64,000 bases of DNA from Candidatus Kapaibacterium sp. (GCA_963664875.1 OY761611.1:1998111-2062110); one strand, 5' to 3'; counted from the first letter of the stretch, positions 49,808 to 59,800 are shown. Notes: generated by a model from the letters alone, not told the origin. A program made the numbers and translations.

Positions 49808-50923
49808 ATGAGCACCGGAAATAACAACTACCCCCAACTAATCGATATTCGATTGAGCCAGCTGCGCTTTACTATGGAAGACCATAAAGTAGAGGCGTTA
49901 GTGCTTACCCATTTGCCAAATATAAGATATATGACAAATTTCTCCGGCTCCAATGCTGTTCTTTTTATCACAGAAACTGAGTTACATTTACTCACAGATG
50001 ACAGATACGAAGAGCAAATTAAAGAAGAGCTGTATGGCTTGCCTAATCTGAAAACTCACATCACCCGTGACCCTTGGACTTATGCTATTGAAAATAAGAT
50101 TCTCAAAAAAACTGTTTCTTTAGGATTTGAAGCAGACCACTTAGAGTACTCTGCTGCTATTAACATCAGAAACCAGATTAGACCGATTAAATTCAAACCG
50201 GCTTCTAATCTTGTTGAGCCTTTCACCCAACCCAAGGCTGATGAAGAATTGGAGTACTTAAAAAAAGCTGCTGAAATAGCGGAAACTGTTTACAAAGAAA
50301 TGTTAGATTTCATTGAGCCGGGCAAGACTGAAAAAGAAATTGCTGCAGAAATTTCTTATAGAGGAAGAAAACTCGGAGCAGAGGACGAATCGTTCGATAT
50401 AATTGTTGCAAGCGGCGAGCGTGCTGCATTTGTACATGGGAAGCCTACAGATAAGAAAATTAAAAAAGGTGACATTGTCATCATGGATTTTGGCTTCAAG
50501 GTCAATGGATTCTGTTCTGATATAACAAGAACAATTGCAGTAGGGAAAGCCACTAAAGAGCAAAAAGATGTTTATGCATTGCTACGCAACGCTCAACAGA
50601 AAGCTATCGAAAGTGTTCGCCCTGCCATGAACGGAAAACATTTGGATAGCATAGCCAGAGATCTTATCGCAGAAGCCGGCTATGGCAACTACTTCCAGCA
50701 TAGTCTCGGACACGGCATCGGACTCGAAGCACACGAAATTCCAACTATTACTTTCAGAATGGAAGATCAGATGATTCCCGAAAATGCCGTTTTGGCTATT
50801 GAGCCGGGCGTTTATATTCCGGGAAAATTTGGAATGAGAATAGAAGATATGATTCAAGTAACAAGAAGTGGTGGTGTGAAAATTACCAACGCTCCCGACG
50901 AACTTGTAATTATAGACAAATAA
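49808..50923 (+). CDS. M24-family Xaa-Pro aminopeptidase/dipeptidase
   Basis: Creatinase-like N-terminal domain plus an M24 pita-bread domain (DFGFKVNGFCSDITRT, HSLGHGIGLEAHE, EPGVY). Confidence 0.85.
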   Translation: MSTGNNNYPQLIDIRLSQLRFTMEDHKVEALVLTHLPNIRYMTNFSGSNAVLFITETELHLLTDDRYEEQIKEELYGLPNLKTHITRDPWTYAIENKILKKTVSLGFEADHLEYSAAINIRNQIRPIKFKPASNLVEPFTQPKADEELEYLKKAAEIAETVYKEMLDFIEPGKTEKEIAAEISYRGRKLGAEDESFDIIVASGERAAFVHGKPTDKKIKKGDIVIMDFGFKVNGFCSDITRTIAVGKATKEQKDVYALLRNAQQKAIESVRPAMNGKHLDSIARDLIAEAGYGNYFQHSLGHGIGLEAHEIPTITFRMEDQMIPENAVLAIEPGVYIPGKFGMRIEDMIQVTRSGGVKITNAPDELVIIDK

Positions 50924-50946
50924 AATATCTTGCACAAGATTTAAGC

Positions 50947-50986
50947 TCAGCCTGTTGGATAGTATTCGACAGGCTGTTTTTTTTTT
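50947..50986 (+). terminator. Rho-independent terminator after the M24 peptidase gene
   Basis: tcagcctgt-N12-acaggctg hairpin followed by T10. Confidence 0.6.
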
Positions 50987-51310
50987 GATTTGACTATAAT
51001 AAAATCAACTTTAATTTCCATTAGAAAGTATGAGATAATCATCCTATAATACTTTGAATTATAATTTAATCCCCCATTTGGTCTTAATCATAGTGAATAA
51101 TCCATAAAGGATTAGGAATCCCTATTGTTTTGATTTTGTTTTATTAAAAACAGCATATTCTTATATAAATTATATACATTCATTATTTAACCCCTTTCAC
51201 ATGCGAACTCTCTGAAGCTGAATGAAATGACCTTATAGAAATACAACAATATATACTGACTATATGCATCTATTTATTATAAAGTCAAATTTTGGGGAAT
51301 TGGAGGCATT

Positions 51311-53311
51311 ATGAAACTGGTTGGATACTCTTTCTTATTATTAGCATTGGCTATAAGCTCACTATCTGCACAAGATTCAGAGGACTTGTTAGAAATGTCC
51401 CTGGAAGATTTGATGAATATTGAAGTCACTGTGGCTTCGAAATCTAAGGAATCGCTTAGCGATGCTCCTTCCTCTGTCACTGTATTTACTGGTACAGAAA
51501 TCAGAAATATGGGTTTGCATACTTTAGAAGATTTACTAAACTATGTTCCCGGTTTCCAAACAACAAGAGACGTTGAACAAGGAACTGCAACACGAATTTC
51601 TTCTCGTGGACGTGGCTCAGCTCTTTCTGAATCAGTATTATTCTTATTAAACGGACAAAGACTAAACGACCTTTATACAGGTGGTGTTTCTATTTTAAAT
51701 AGACTTATCGCTGTTGATAATATCAAACAGGTAGAAATTATTAGAGGTCCGGGGTCAGCATTATATGGATCTAATGCTTTTTTGGGTGTAGTCAATATTG
51801 TTACAAATGATGATGAAAATGATATACATCTTGGTTATGGTACTCATAACTATAAATCTGCTTCTATTAATGCCTCTAAAGATTTAGCCAATGACATCAA
51901 GGCTTCTGCTTATGTAGGTATCTTCTCAGAAGACGGACATGAATATGAAAATTTGTCAGATATTTATGGGAACACTCAAAAAACTCACGACCCAAGCAGA
52001 GGTTTTGATGCCTTAGGTACTATCAGCTATAAAGCTCTAACGTTCTCAGCTCGCTTTATGGAAAGAAATGTAGCAGACTTCCTTACCTTCGGTACTCTTG
52101 CTAATCACCTTAACGACGAAAACACAAGCCAATCAAGCTTTAGTTTAGATTACGACTTTGATGTAAATGAAGACTTTAATGTATCTTTGAGAGCTGCATA
52201 CTCTTATGACCACTGGGATGCGAAATCTATCTTAATTCCTAAGGATCTTGAAATTGCTCCGGACTTTGCTCTTTCTGAAAACTTTGCAGGTGGCCCATTC
52301 TTAGAGTCTCACAATATGGGATTGTTTGCTGATATGGGCTATCAACTAATGGAAGATAACAATTTGATTTTTGGCTTCTCTTATGAGCAATCAGGGATTG
52401 ACGAAGTCATGAATGTTATGACTCATAATCCAATTACTCTTGAATATCAGGGCAATTATCAGGATTATGATGGGAATTTGAGTTTTAATGAATTAAATGA
52501 CAGAACTATACTTGGCGTATATGCTCAGGATAAACATAACTTTGGCAAGTCTTTAGCTATTACTGCCGGTTTTAGATATGACAATTATAACGATTTCGGT
52601 TCTTCGTTCAATCCAAGAGCAGCAGTTGTATATAACACTCCATTCAAATCAACTCTAAAGGTAATGTATGGTAACGCATTTAGGGCACCTAATTTTTTGG
52701 AGCTTTACGACAAAAACAATCCAGTTGACTTTGGTAATCCTGATTTGAAAGCTGAAAAGGTAAGTACCATTGAGTTTGCTTATATCCAAAAATTTGAAGG
52801 ATTCCAGGCAACGGTAACTTATTTCCAAAATAACATTAAAGATTTGATTACACTTGATTTTGCTAACCCTGCTCCTGAAGATGAAAATAATCCACTTGGA
52901 GCTCCGGGCTTTATCAATGCAGGTGAAGTAGATACAAAAGGTATTGAGTTTGAAGTAAAAACATCTCCTGTTAAAAATCTATTGATTTACGGTAGTTTTA
53001 CAAACTTGTTTGATGCAGAAACTCTTCCTGTATCTGCTATGTTTGGCTCTTTATTTATAAATTATTCAGTGGCTGGCTTTAATCTTAATGTAAATGGTAT
53101 TTACAGAGATAAAATGGAATTGTTACCAACTCAAGATGGTTACTTTGTCTTAAACACAGCAATTTCTTACAAACTTACAAACAATCTGAAAATCAAACTT
53201 AGTGCTCTTAACTTGACAGATGAAGAGTATTATACTATCACTAATATGCTTCCTACCGGTGTTGTAAACAGAGGTATGAGTCTTGTAGGTGGTGTACAGG
53301 TTAGTTTGTAA
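51311..53311 (+). CDS. TonB-dependent outer-membrane receptor
   Basis: Signal peptide, a TonB-box-like segment (DLLEMSLEDLMNIEVTVAS), a plug domain (RISSRGRGS..., GPGSALYGSNAFLGVVNIVT), and a C-terminal beta-barrel. Confidence 0.8.
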   Translation: MKLVGYSFLLLALAISSLSAQDSEDLLEMSLEDLMNIEVTVASKSKESLSDAPSSVTVFTGTEIRNMGLHTLEDLLNYVPGFQTTRDVEQGTATRISSRGRGSALSESVLFLLNGQRLNDLYTGGVSILNRLIAVDNIKQVEIIRGPGSALYGSNAFLGVVNIVTNDDENDIHLGYGTHNYKSASINASKDLANDIKASAYVGIFSEDGHEYENLSDIYGNTQKTHDPSRGFDALGTISYKALTFSARFMERNVADFLTFGTLANHLNDENTSQSSFSLDYDFDVNEDFNVSLRAAYSYDHWDAKSILIPKDLEIAPDFALSENFAGGPFLESHNMGLFADMGYQLMEDNNLIFGFSYEQSGIDEVMNVMTHNPITLEYQGNYQDYDGNLSFNELNDRTILGVYAQDKHNFGKSLAITAGFRYDNYNDFGSSFNPRAAVVYNTPFKSTLKVMYGNAFRAPNFLELYDKNNPVDFGNPDLKAEKVSTIEFAYIQKFEGFQATVTYFQNNIKDLITLDFANPAPEDENNPLGAPGFINAGEVDTKGIEFEVKTSPVKNLLIYGSFTNLFDAETLPVSAMFGSLFINYSVAGFNLNVNGIYRDKMELLPTQDGYFVLNTAISYKLTNNLKIKLSALNLTDEEYYTITNMLPTGVVNRGMSLVGGVQVSL

Positions 53312-53343
53312 ATATTATTTAGAATTATACTTTTTAGTAAAAA

Positions 53344-53379
53344 AACAGCTGTAAGGTTAAGACTTACAGCTGTTTTTTT
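53344..53379 (+). terminator. Rho-independent terminator after the TonB-dependent receptor gene
   Basis: acagctgtaag-gttaaga-cttacagctgt hairpin followed by T8. Confidence 0.65.
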
Positions 53380-53411
53380 TGTATCTTTGATAAAATCATA
53401 CTCATATAGAA
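53372..53411 (+). promoter_or_regulatory. Duplicated promoter-like element, copy 1 (TTTTTTGTATCTTTGATAAAATCATACTCATATAGAATA), directly upstream of ORF 53425
   Basis: 38/39-nt identity with a second copy at 54413..54451. It contains a TTGATA (-35-like) and a TATAGAAT (-10-like) box. Confidence 0.4.
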
Positions 53412-53424
53412 TAACAGATTTATC

Positions 53425-54105
53425 GTGAAAACAATTTACTCCAAGTCAATTTATATACCCCTTCTCGTAATGCTAATTGCCTTATTGTCCTGTAGTAGGG
53501 AGAAATTTGTTGATTTAGATTATTACGAAGCAAAAATTTGCACATCTTTTGATACTATTGATATGAAGGATTCCCTCAATATTATCATTACTATCAAAAA
53601 TGTGGATACTATTCCAATTATTTATCCGGGAGTGAATGGATTCTTTGCAGCATACGGATTCAATATTATTGAGTATGCAACAACATCATTTTATTCAGGT
53701 TTCATTCTGAAAAACTATAAGGCTGGGTGGTTGCTTGGTAGTTCAGGATTGGACAACGTTCTACCTTTTTTTTATAGAATTTTACCTAACAAGTCTTTGA
53801 GGCTATCTTTATATGTGCCTTATTATGTGGAATATGATTCTTTGGCAAAACATTATAAAACTTTTGTTTCTCTTGATAGTTACGATTCCCTACCTAAAAG
53901 AATATGTGGTGAATTGTATTCTGGTCAGGATAGCTTGACTTATGATTTTATCACATTCCCGGAAAAGATTACTGATGTATATTTAGATAATTACATTACA
54001 CTAAATATTGATACTCTATTCTACTCAACTACAATAATGGGAGGAGCTGCGACAAAACATACAGTCCCATACAGTCCCATACAGTCCATATTATTATGGT
54101 CATAG
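53425..54105 (+). CDS. Hypothetical lipoprotein (GTG start)
   Basis: Signal peptide with lipobox (MLIALLSC-SREK), Tyr/Asn-rich composition, and three tandem acagtcccat repeats at the 3' end. Confidence 0.45.
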   Translation: MKTIYSKSIYIPLLVMLIALLSCSREKFVDLDYYEAKICTSFDTIDMKDSLNIIITIKNVDTIPIIYPGVNGFFAAYGFNIIEYATTSFYSGFILKNYKAGWLLGSSGLDNVLPFFYRILPNKSLRLSLYVPYYVEYDSLAKHYKTFVSLDSYDSLPKRICGELYSGQDSLTYDFITFPEKITDVYLDNYITLNIDTLFYSTTIMGGAATKHTVPYSPIQSILLWS

Positions 54106-54412
54106 TAAAAAAGTAGAGAAATTTTTTGATCTCTTAAATATACACAGGCAAGAAATCGTTTTAGATTTTAAAACACCAGGGTTGAAGCGAAAACATTGGC
54201 GTTGATTGCTATATTGTAGTTAGTATTTTCATTTGTCATATCACAAAATTTTATATATTGTATTCAACATGCTTGCCCCGCTTCCCATTAGAACAGCGCG
54301 CTAAGGGTAAGCTTTTTTTGCCTGCCATTAAATGAACTTTAGATATAATATACAAAATCTTTTGTTTATTGTTTTGAATATTTCCTCTCCTCTTAAGCTT
54401 ATAATATCTCCT

Positions 54413-54451
54413 TTTTTTGTATCTTTGATAAAATCATACTTATATAGAATA
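54413..54451 (+). promoter_or_regulatory. Duplicated promoter-like element, copy 2, ending 6 nt before the sigma-54 activator start codon
   Basis: TTTTTTTGTATCTTTGATAAAATCATACTTATATAGAATA, identical to copy 1 except for one substitution. Confidence 0.4.
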
Positions 54452-54456
54452 CTATT

Positions 54457-55827
54457 ATGGCTGATATAAAACTTCTTATTGTTGATGACGAGCAGTCGCA
54501 GGCAGATGCTCTTGCCGGCTTTTTCAAAAAGCGGGGATTTGCCGTTTTTACTGCTTATAATTTGAATGATGTAAAAAATGTGCTCGAATCTGAGGCAGTT
54601 GACATTTGCTTATCGGATTTGAAGCTGAAAGATACAACCGGAGCGGAAGTGCTATCGCTTGTCAAGCAGAAGAATCCTCACACTCCCGTTGTGATTATGA
54701 CGGCTTACGGTTCGGTAGATGATGCTGTCGGTCTAATGAAAGAAGGTGCTTTTGACTTTATCCAAAAGCCAATCGATCTTAAAGAGCTGACTGCTATAAT
54801 CTCCAAGGCTGAAGACAACTGCTATCTTGTTTCAGAAAATACTAAGCTGAAAGAAGAGCTTGCCTGCTCCACTTCCTTTGATAATATCATTTCTCACAGC
54901 AAGGCTATGGAGCAGGTTCTTAATACTGCTGCAAGAGTCGCTCCGTCAAAGGCGGGTGTGCTTATTCGCGGGGAAAGCGGAACAGGTAAGGAACTAATTG
55001 CTAAGGCAATTCATCTTAACTCCCCTCGCAAGGATAAACCATTTATTGTTGTGAACTGTGCGGCAATGCCTGATACGCTTTTTGAAAGTGAACTATTCGG
55101 ACATGAAAAGGGTTCGTTTACAGGTGCGGTGAAACAGCGCATAGGCAAGTTTGAGGAAGCTAACGGTGGAACACTATTTATAGACGAAGCTGGCGACATC
55201 CCTCCCCAGATACAGGTCAAACTCCTTCGAGCTATTCAGTTTGGCGAGATACAGCGCCTTGGCAGCAATGAAGTCATAAAACCCGACGTTAGAATCATTG
55301 CTGCAACAAACAGAGATTTAGAGAAAATGATTTCCGAAGGTGATTTCCGGGAGGATTTATACTACCGTTTTAATATAGTAACTATCAAACTCCCTGCACT
55401 CAGAGAGCGTAAAGAAGATGTGCCTTATCTGATTGACCATTTTATAAAGTCGTTTAGCGAAATAAACGGCAAAAGTGTTAGCTCTATCAGCAAAGAGGCA
55501 CTGGCAGAACTGATTAACTACAGCTTCCCCGGCAATATCCGTGAGCTCGAAAATATAATACAAAGGGCTGTTGTTCTTTCTCGCGACAATATGGTTAAAC
55601 TGCAGGATTTGCCTGAAGAAATCAAAGGACACTCCCGAACAGAATCAGTTGACTGCGACCATCTATCTCTGGGCAATCTCAACCAAAAAGTAGAGAATTT
55701 AGAAAAAGCACTTATAAACAAAGCCCTTTCGGAATCAGGCGGCAATCAGGTAAAAGCCGCAGAACTCTTAGAAATATCGGAACGCACTCTGCGATATAAG
55801 ATATCTAAGTATAAGATAAAGGGGTAA
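54457..55827 (+). CDS. Sigma-54-dependent response regulator (NtrC/Fis family)
   Basis: REC domain (LLIVDDEQ with phospho-acceptor Asp in CLSDLKLKD), an AAA+ sigma-54 activator domain (GESGTGKE, GAFTGA variant GSFTGA, the ESELFGHEKG block), and a C-terminal Fis-type HTH (GNQVKAAELLEISERTLRYKI). Confidence 0.9.
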   Translation: MADIKLLIVDDEQSQADALAGFFKKRGFAVFTAYNLNDVKNVLESEAVDICLSDLKLKDTTGAEVLSLVKQKNPHTPVVIMTAYGSVDDAVGLMKEGAFDFIQKPIDLKELTAIISKAEDNCYLVSENTKLKEELACSTSFDNIISHSKAMEQVLNTAARVAPSKAGVLIRGESGTGKELIAKAIHLNSPRKDKPFIVVNCAAMPDTLFESELFGHEKGSFTGAVKQRIGKFEEANGGTLFIDEAGDIPPQIQVKLLRAIQFGEIQRLGSNEVIKPDVRIIAATNRDLEKMISEGDFREDLYYRFNIVTIKLPALRERKEDVPYLIDHFIKSFSEINGKSVSSISKEALAELINYSFPGNIRELENIIQRAVVLSRDNMVKLQDLPEEIKGHSRTESVDCDHLSLGNLNQKVENLEKALINKALSESGGNQVKAAELLEISERTLRYKISKYKIKG

Positions 55828-55964
55828 AGTTGGTAAACTAATTGAGGCTAAAGAAATTAACAACAATTGATTATATAATTATATATTTAAATGCGTTATA
55901 GTAAATTATATTACATTATATTTGCATTTATATAATCTATTTATACCTTTTTGGAATTTATCTA

Positions 55965-57044
55965 ATGAAAACTTTAATATTGCTAATTTCTATTGCTCTG
56001 ACATCCTCTGTATATGCTGACATAATAGAACTTAATGTAATAGACTACAGAACCGGCGAAAAATTAGTTCCTGAGCAGCTGGTAGTTACAGATTTAGCTA
56101 CTAATGCAGATTACATATTTGAAAATACTTCCTCTTTTGATACAGACGCATTGACGAGTGTAACTCAAAATGCTTCTATATCCCAAGGACTCAAAATCTA
56201 TCCTAATCCTGTCGCAGACAGATGTTATATCGAAATATTTTCTAACGGAAACAAATCAGATAATCTGCTTATCTCAAACTCATTGGGACAGTCTCAAACA
56301 ATTCCTATTTCCTTGGTGCAAGGCGATAATGTATTTGAATTGAGTCAGCATAATTTGACAGTTGGCACCTATTATGTAACAACTTCTGAATACAGTTCAA
56401 TTCTCAATCTGACAAATACGGGGAAAAGCAATTCAACTACACTGGAACGAGTTTCAACATCCGAAGCAATGTCGAGTATGATTCTGACTCCTGTTGGCGG
56501 TATATATAGCGTTTTTATTAGAAAAGCAGGGTATAGCAATTATAAATTCTCAAATACCGACTTAACTACAATAATGGATACAGTAAAATTAGTCAACCTT
56601 GACGATTTCATTTACGAATCTACAAAATTTTCATTTAGAAAAATGTCTGCAGTAATTACCGAAATAATTCAGGATCAGTACGGGAATGTTCAAGAAACAC
56701 ATACTCCCTATGAGCCACACTTTGAAGGAGAAATAACAGATAGTAAAATCTTTTTTGATGAAGATTACGATAGTGATTATATGCATGTCACCATAGAATC
56801 AAGCACGAATATTAAAGGCATAGAATTTACTTTAGATGGCTGGTGGCGCTTCCCTTTTGATTCCATAGTCGTTGACGAAAATAGAAAATTTAGTCTAAAA
56901 TTTAACTACGAATACCTTCAAAAATATCATAATCCTGTTTATATCACAAGTCCAACCATTGAATATCGAAGATGGCTGGAAACATTCTACGAAGATTACA
57001 CAAATTCTGACTTCATTGAAGTGTTTGGAAGTGTAGCAAAGTAA
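55965..57044 (+). CDS. Secreted hypothetical protein containing an internal T9SS-CTD-like beta-sandwich segment
   Basis: Signal peptide. Residues ~75-150 (LKIYPNPVADRCYIEIFSNGNKSDNLLISNSLGQ...QGDNVFELSQHNLTVGTYYVTT) match the Por secretion-tail pattern but are followed by another ~210 aa. The region is AT-rich. Confidence 0.5.
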   Translation: MKTLILLISIALTSSVYADIIELNVIDYRTGEKLVPEQLVVTDLATNADYIFENTSSFDTDALTSVTQNASISQGLKIYPNPVADRCYIEIFSNGNKSDNLLISNSLGQSQTIPISLVQGDNVFELSQHNLTVGTYYVTTSEYSSILNLTNTGKSNSTTLERVSTSEAMSSMILTPVGGIYSVFIRKAGYSNYKFSNTDLTTIMDTVKLVNLDDFIYESTKFSFRKMSAVITEIIQDQYGNVQETHTPYEPHFEGEITDSKIFFDEDYDSDYMHVTIESSTNIKGIEFTLDGWWRFPFDSIVVDENRKFSLKFNYEYLQKYHNPVYITSPTIEYRRWLETFYEDYTNSDFIEVFGSVAK

Positions 57045-57148
57045 GATAGTTCAATTATATCTAAACATAGTATATCTAAGTACAAGATGCAGGGGGTGGC
57101 TATTGGTATTTAGTTTTGTTGGACGAGGTCAAACTATAGATTAATAAG

Positions 57149-57538
57149 TTGATTTTTGGAATATTGTTTATTGCTATGCAACATATATCTGAACCAATAT
57201 TTAAAAGATATAATTTGGATAAGATTGTTCTACAAAATTCAAATAACAGTGGAAAATCGAATTTATTTGCTGATTCAGTAATAGATGTTAGTTTTAATCT
57301 CTACATGAAAGACACATTTTTGACGGTTGTTTCTGAAGTTTACAATTCAAAAATTAGCTATCCTGTTCATATCGTTGGGGATACTCTTCGGGTTTATGAC
57401 TTAATGCGTTTTATTGATTTTATTCCAAATGGTGATTCTATTATAACCGGATTAGGTAAATTTCCTTCAACAAAAGTGATTACAAAAGATCGGGATGTTG
57501 TATTTAATGAAAGACCAAATTGGTTTTTATTGAATTAA
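57149..57538 (+). CDS. Hypothetical protein (129 aa)
   Basis: Intact ORF in the AT-rich island. No recognisable domain. Confidence 0.35.
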   Translation: MIFGILFIAMQHISEPIFKRYNLDKIVLQNSNNSGKSNLFADSVIDVSFNLYMKDTFLTVVSEVYNSKISYPVHIVGDTLRVYDLMRFIDFIPNGDSIITGLGKFPSTKVITKDRDVVFNERPNWFLLN

Positions 57539-58188
57539 TGTGGCTAAAGAGGCTAAAAATGAAATTTTTGTATAATATAATCCTGATAACACTGATGTTT
57601 ACTTGTAATACTGGATTCAGTATAAAACTTGATACTGATACAAGTATAAAATATATTACTTTAGATGTGAGTATTACTAATTCTCGAAATCAATTTGACA
57701 GTTTGAATGTATTTCAATATGATTTTGATATGATATATCAAACTTCTATAAAGAAGAGAGAAGATTTGCAAAAAGAAAGCCAGACATACATTTTTAGTTA
57801 TATTTATTCTTGTAGTCGGGCTCGAATTATATATATTCCTTACAAGTATAACCAAACTTTTATGATAAGTTTAAATGATACTTTGTTTAATGGAGATTAT
57901 ATTGAGTCAATTGTTAAGTCATATGGAGGATTAAGGGTTTATTCATCAGAAATATTGTTAAAAGAACCAGATTATTATAAAGAATGGATTGTTATAAGAA
58001 TCCATACAGAAGAAAAGCTTGATACTTCGAGTAAATATAAAAGTTACACTTATATTACTAAAGAAGATGTAGAAGAAAAAGATAAAGATAAAAATAAGCA
58101 ATATATAAAGAAAACTACCATTAGTGGAGATACTTTGTATATCAATCTTTTTATCGATTTAGACAAAACTTCTGTAATAAGATATTAA
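57520..58188 (+). CDS. Hypothetical protein (222 aa) with an N-terminal hydrophobic segment
   Basis: Intact ORF that overlaps the previous ORF by 19 nt. It is very AT-rich, K/Y/I-rich, and has no recognisable domain. Confidence 0.4.
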   Translation: MVFIELMWLKRLKMKFLYNIILITLMFTCNTGFSIKLDTDTSIKYITLDVSITNSRNQFDSLNVFQYDFDMIYQTSIKKREDLQKESQTYIFSYIYSCSRARIIYIPYKYNQTFMISLNDTLFNGDYIESIVKSYGGLRVYSSEILLKEPDYYKEWIVIRIHTEEKLDTSSKYKSYTYITKEDVEEKDKDKNKQYIKKTTISGDTLYINLFIDLDKTSVIRY

Positions 58189-58248
58189 AGAATATGTTAT
58201 TGATTAGGTTGACAAAAATGGCAAATTCCTATACTTAAAAACATTTAA

Positions 58249-58407
58249 ACAATACGAGCTAACAGACCACCTTGGCAATGTACAGCTTACTTTTTCTCAT
58301 TATAAATATAGAGAAAGCTATAGTCTGCCACGTTTGAAAGTTCTTTCAAAAAGTGATTACTATCCCTTTGGGATGTTAGTGCCGGATAACTACTATCAGG
58401 ATGGCAG
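58249..58407 (+). pseudogene. Orphan RHS/YD-repeat core fragment, copy 1
   Basis: Translates to KQYELTDHLGNVQLTF..SLPRLKVLSKSDYYPFGMLVPDNYYQDG. This carries the YD-repeat motif (Y.LTDHLGN.RL) and the RHS repeat-associated-core motif DYYPFGM. It has no start codon or upstream gene body and ends at a GC-rich hairpin. Confidence 0.5.
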
Positions 58408-58621
58408 AAAAAAAATTCCCCTCGTTGAGGGGTGGCACGCAGTGCCGGGGTGGAATCTCTCGATGCACAACTGTTTCAATGTAGGAAAATGTAATTTATA
58501 TAGATAAATTTTGCGATATTTTTTTCGGGGGAAGTGATTTATATTAGGTTTTATCCACCCCGCCCTCGCTTCGCTCACGCACCCCTCAAGAGGGGAATGG
58601 AGCAGGTTTTGAGATGTTTTT

Positions 58622-58828
58622 CGCCAAATCGGTCACAAACAATACGAACTAACTGACCATTTAGGCAACGTGCGACTAACTTTTGAAGATTATAAATATT
58701 TTACTGATACTCTGCCAAGACCACGCTTAAAAGTTCTTTCAAGAAATGATTATTATCCCTTTGGGATGTTAGTGCCGGATAACTATTATCAGGATGGCAG
58801 CACATTAGCTCGCTTCAAAGGTCTCTGA
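58622..58828 (+). pseudogene. Orphan RHS/YD-repeat core fragment, copy 2
   Basis: Translates to RQIGHKQYELTDHLGNVRLTFEDYKYFTDTLPRPRLKVLSRNDYYPFGMLVPDNYYQDGSTLARFKGL*. Its 5' junction (cgccaaatcggtcacaaacaatacga) is the same as copy 3. Confidence 0.5.
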
Positions 58829-59016
58829 GCGATTCTATCCATACACTCAAGATAAAAAAGATGTAGATTGTATTACGGCATATTTTTCTTATGTATTCAA
58901 ACCTATTGAAGGGATAACAAGAGCTTCGGATGATGATAGATTAGGACCTTTGGATTCTCATTATATCGAAAATTATAAGTGAGTTTTCAATATTAAACCA
59001 AATAAACCTGGATATA

Positions 59017-59652
59017 TTGAACCTAATCAAAATAAAACTATTGACTCAGAAGCAGGAGAATCAGATGAACCATAAAATTAAAATTTTATTGATGTTTTTG
59101 TTCGTAATTATTATAGGTTTTATAATGTTTGGGAAAATCTTAAAGACCAAATATTATTTATATAATTATAAAAAAAGTAGTGATGCGATATTTTATCAAA
59201 ATGTACAAGATGTAGTTAGTGATTCAATTAGATCTTGGATAGAAAAAAACTATAGAGGTTTTGAAAAAGATGATAAAGTTATATATAAATCTTCAAAATA
59301 TTTATATTTTAACTCAAGTAAAGATAAATGTATTACATTTATATATGAATTTAACGCAAAGCCGGGGAATAGTAATATAATTAGGACAGTATGTTTGTTT
59401 AAAAAAAACGAATACTGGAATGTTTTCACATACTCACTTCCTACATGGTATTATTTTGATGATGTGATACGTGGCTCTAATGTTACCTATCAAATACAAC
59501 AATATTACGACAAATATGAAGAAGAGTTTTTGGATAGAATGGTTCCAAAGTATTATAAATACTTCTTTTGTATAAACGATGGTATGTTTAACTACGAAGA
59601 AAAACAGCTTCTTAAAAAACATAATAAACTCAAATATAGACATTTAAAATAA
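59017..59652 (+). CDS. Hypothetical membrane-anchored protein (candidate immunity or orphan-tip protein)
   Basis: 211-aa ORF with an N-terminal transmembrane helix (KIKILLMFLFVIIIGFIMFGKIL). It lies downstream of RHS fragment 2, is AT-rich and K/Y-rich, and has no recognisable domain. Confidence 0.4.
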   Translation: MNLIKIKLLTQKQENQMNHKIKILLMFLFVIIIGFIMFGKILKTKYYLYNYKKSSDAIFYQNVQDVVSDSIRSWIEKNYRGFEKDDKVIYKSSKYLYFNSSKDKCITFIYEFNAKPGNSNIIRTVCLFKKNEYWNVFTYSLPTWYYFDDVIRGSNVTYQIQQYYDKYEEEFLDRMVPKYYKYFFCINDGMFNYEEKQLLKKHNKLKYRHLK

Positions 59653-59726
59653 GTAACATTCTGATTATTTTTTGAAATTCATTCTTTCAAGTAGCCAAAG
59701 CAAAAGGCATAATGCGGCAAGCATTA

Positions 59727-59800
59727 CGCCAAATCGGTCACAAACAATACGAGCTTACTGACCACCTTGGCAATGTGCGTTTAACTTTTGCAGATTATAG
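59727..59800 (+). pseudogene. Orphan RHS/YD-repeat core fragment, copy 3, out of frame with the downstream kinase gene
   Basis: Translates to RQIGHKQYELTDHLGNVRLTFADYRHG and then diverges. The zeta-like kinase ORF starts in another frame ~80 nt downstream. Confidence 0.45.

Noticed and set aside
54057-54090. Three tandem copies of ACAGTCCCAT at the 3' end of ORF 53425..54105
   Set aside because: A short microsatellite-like run inside coding sequence (translated as TVPYSPIQS). It is too small to interpret and is noted only as a possible slippage site.
58200-59800. CRISPR array, considered because of repeated ~160-bp units and GC-rich hairpins
   Set aside because: The repeats are protein-coding RHS fragments of unequal length with irregular spacing. 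There are no short regular direct repeats or spacers.
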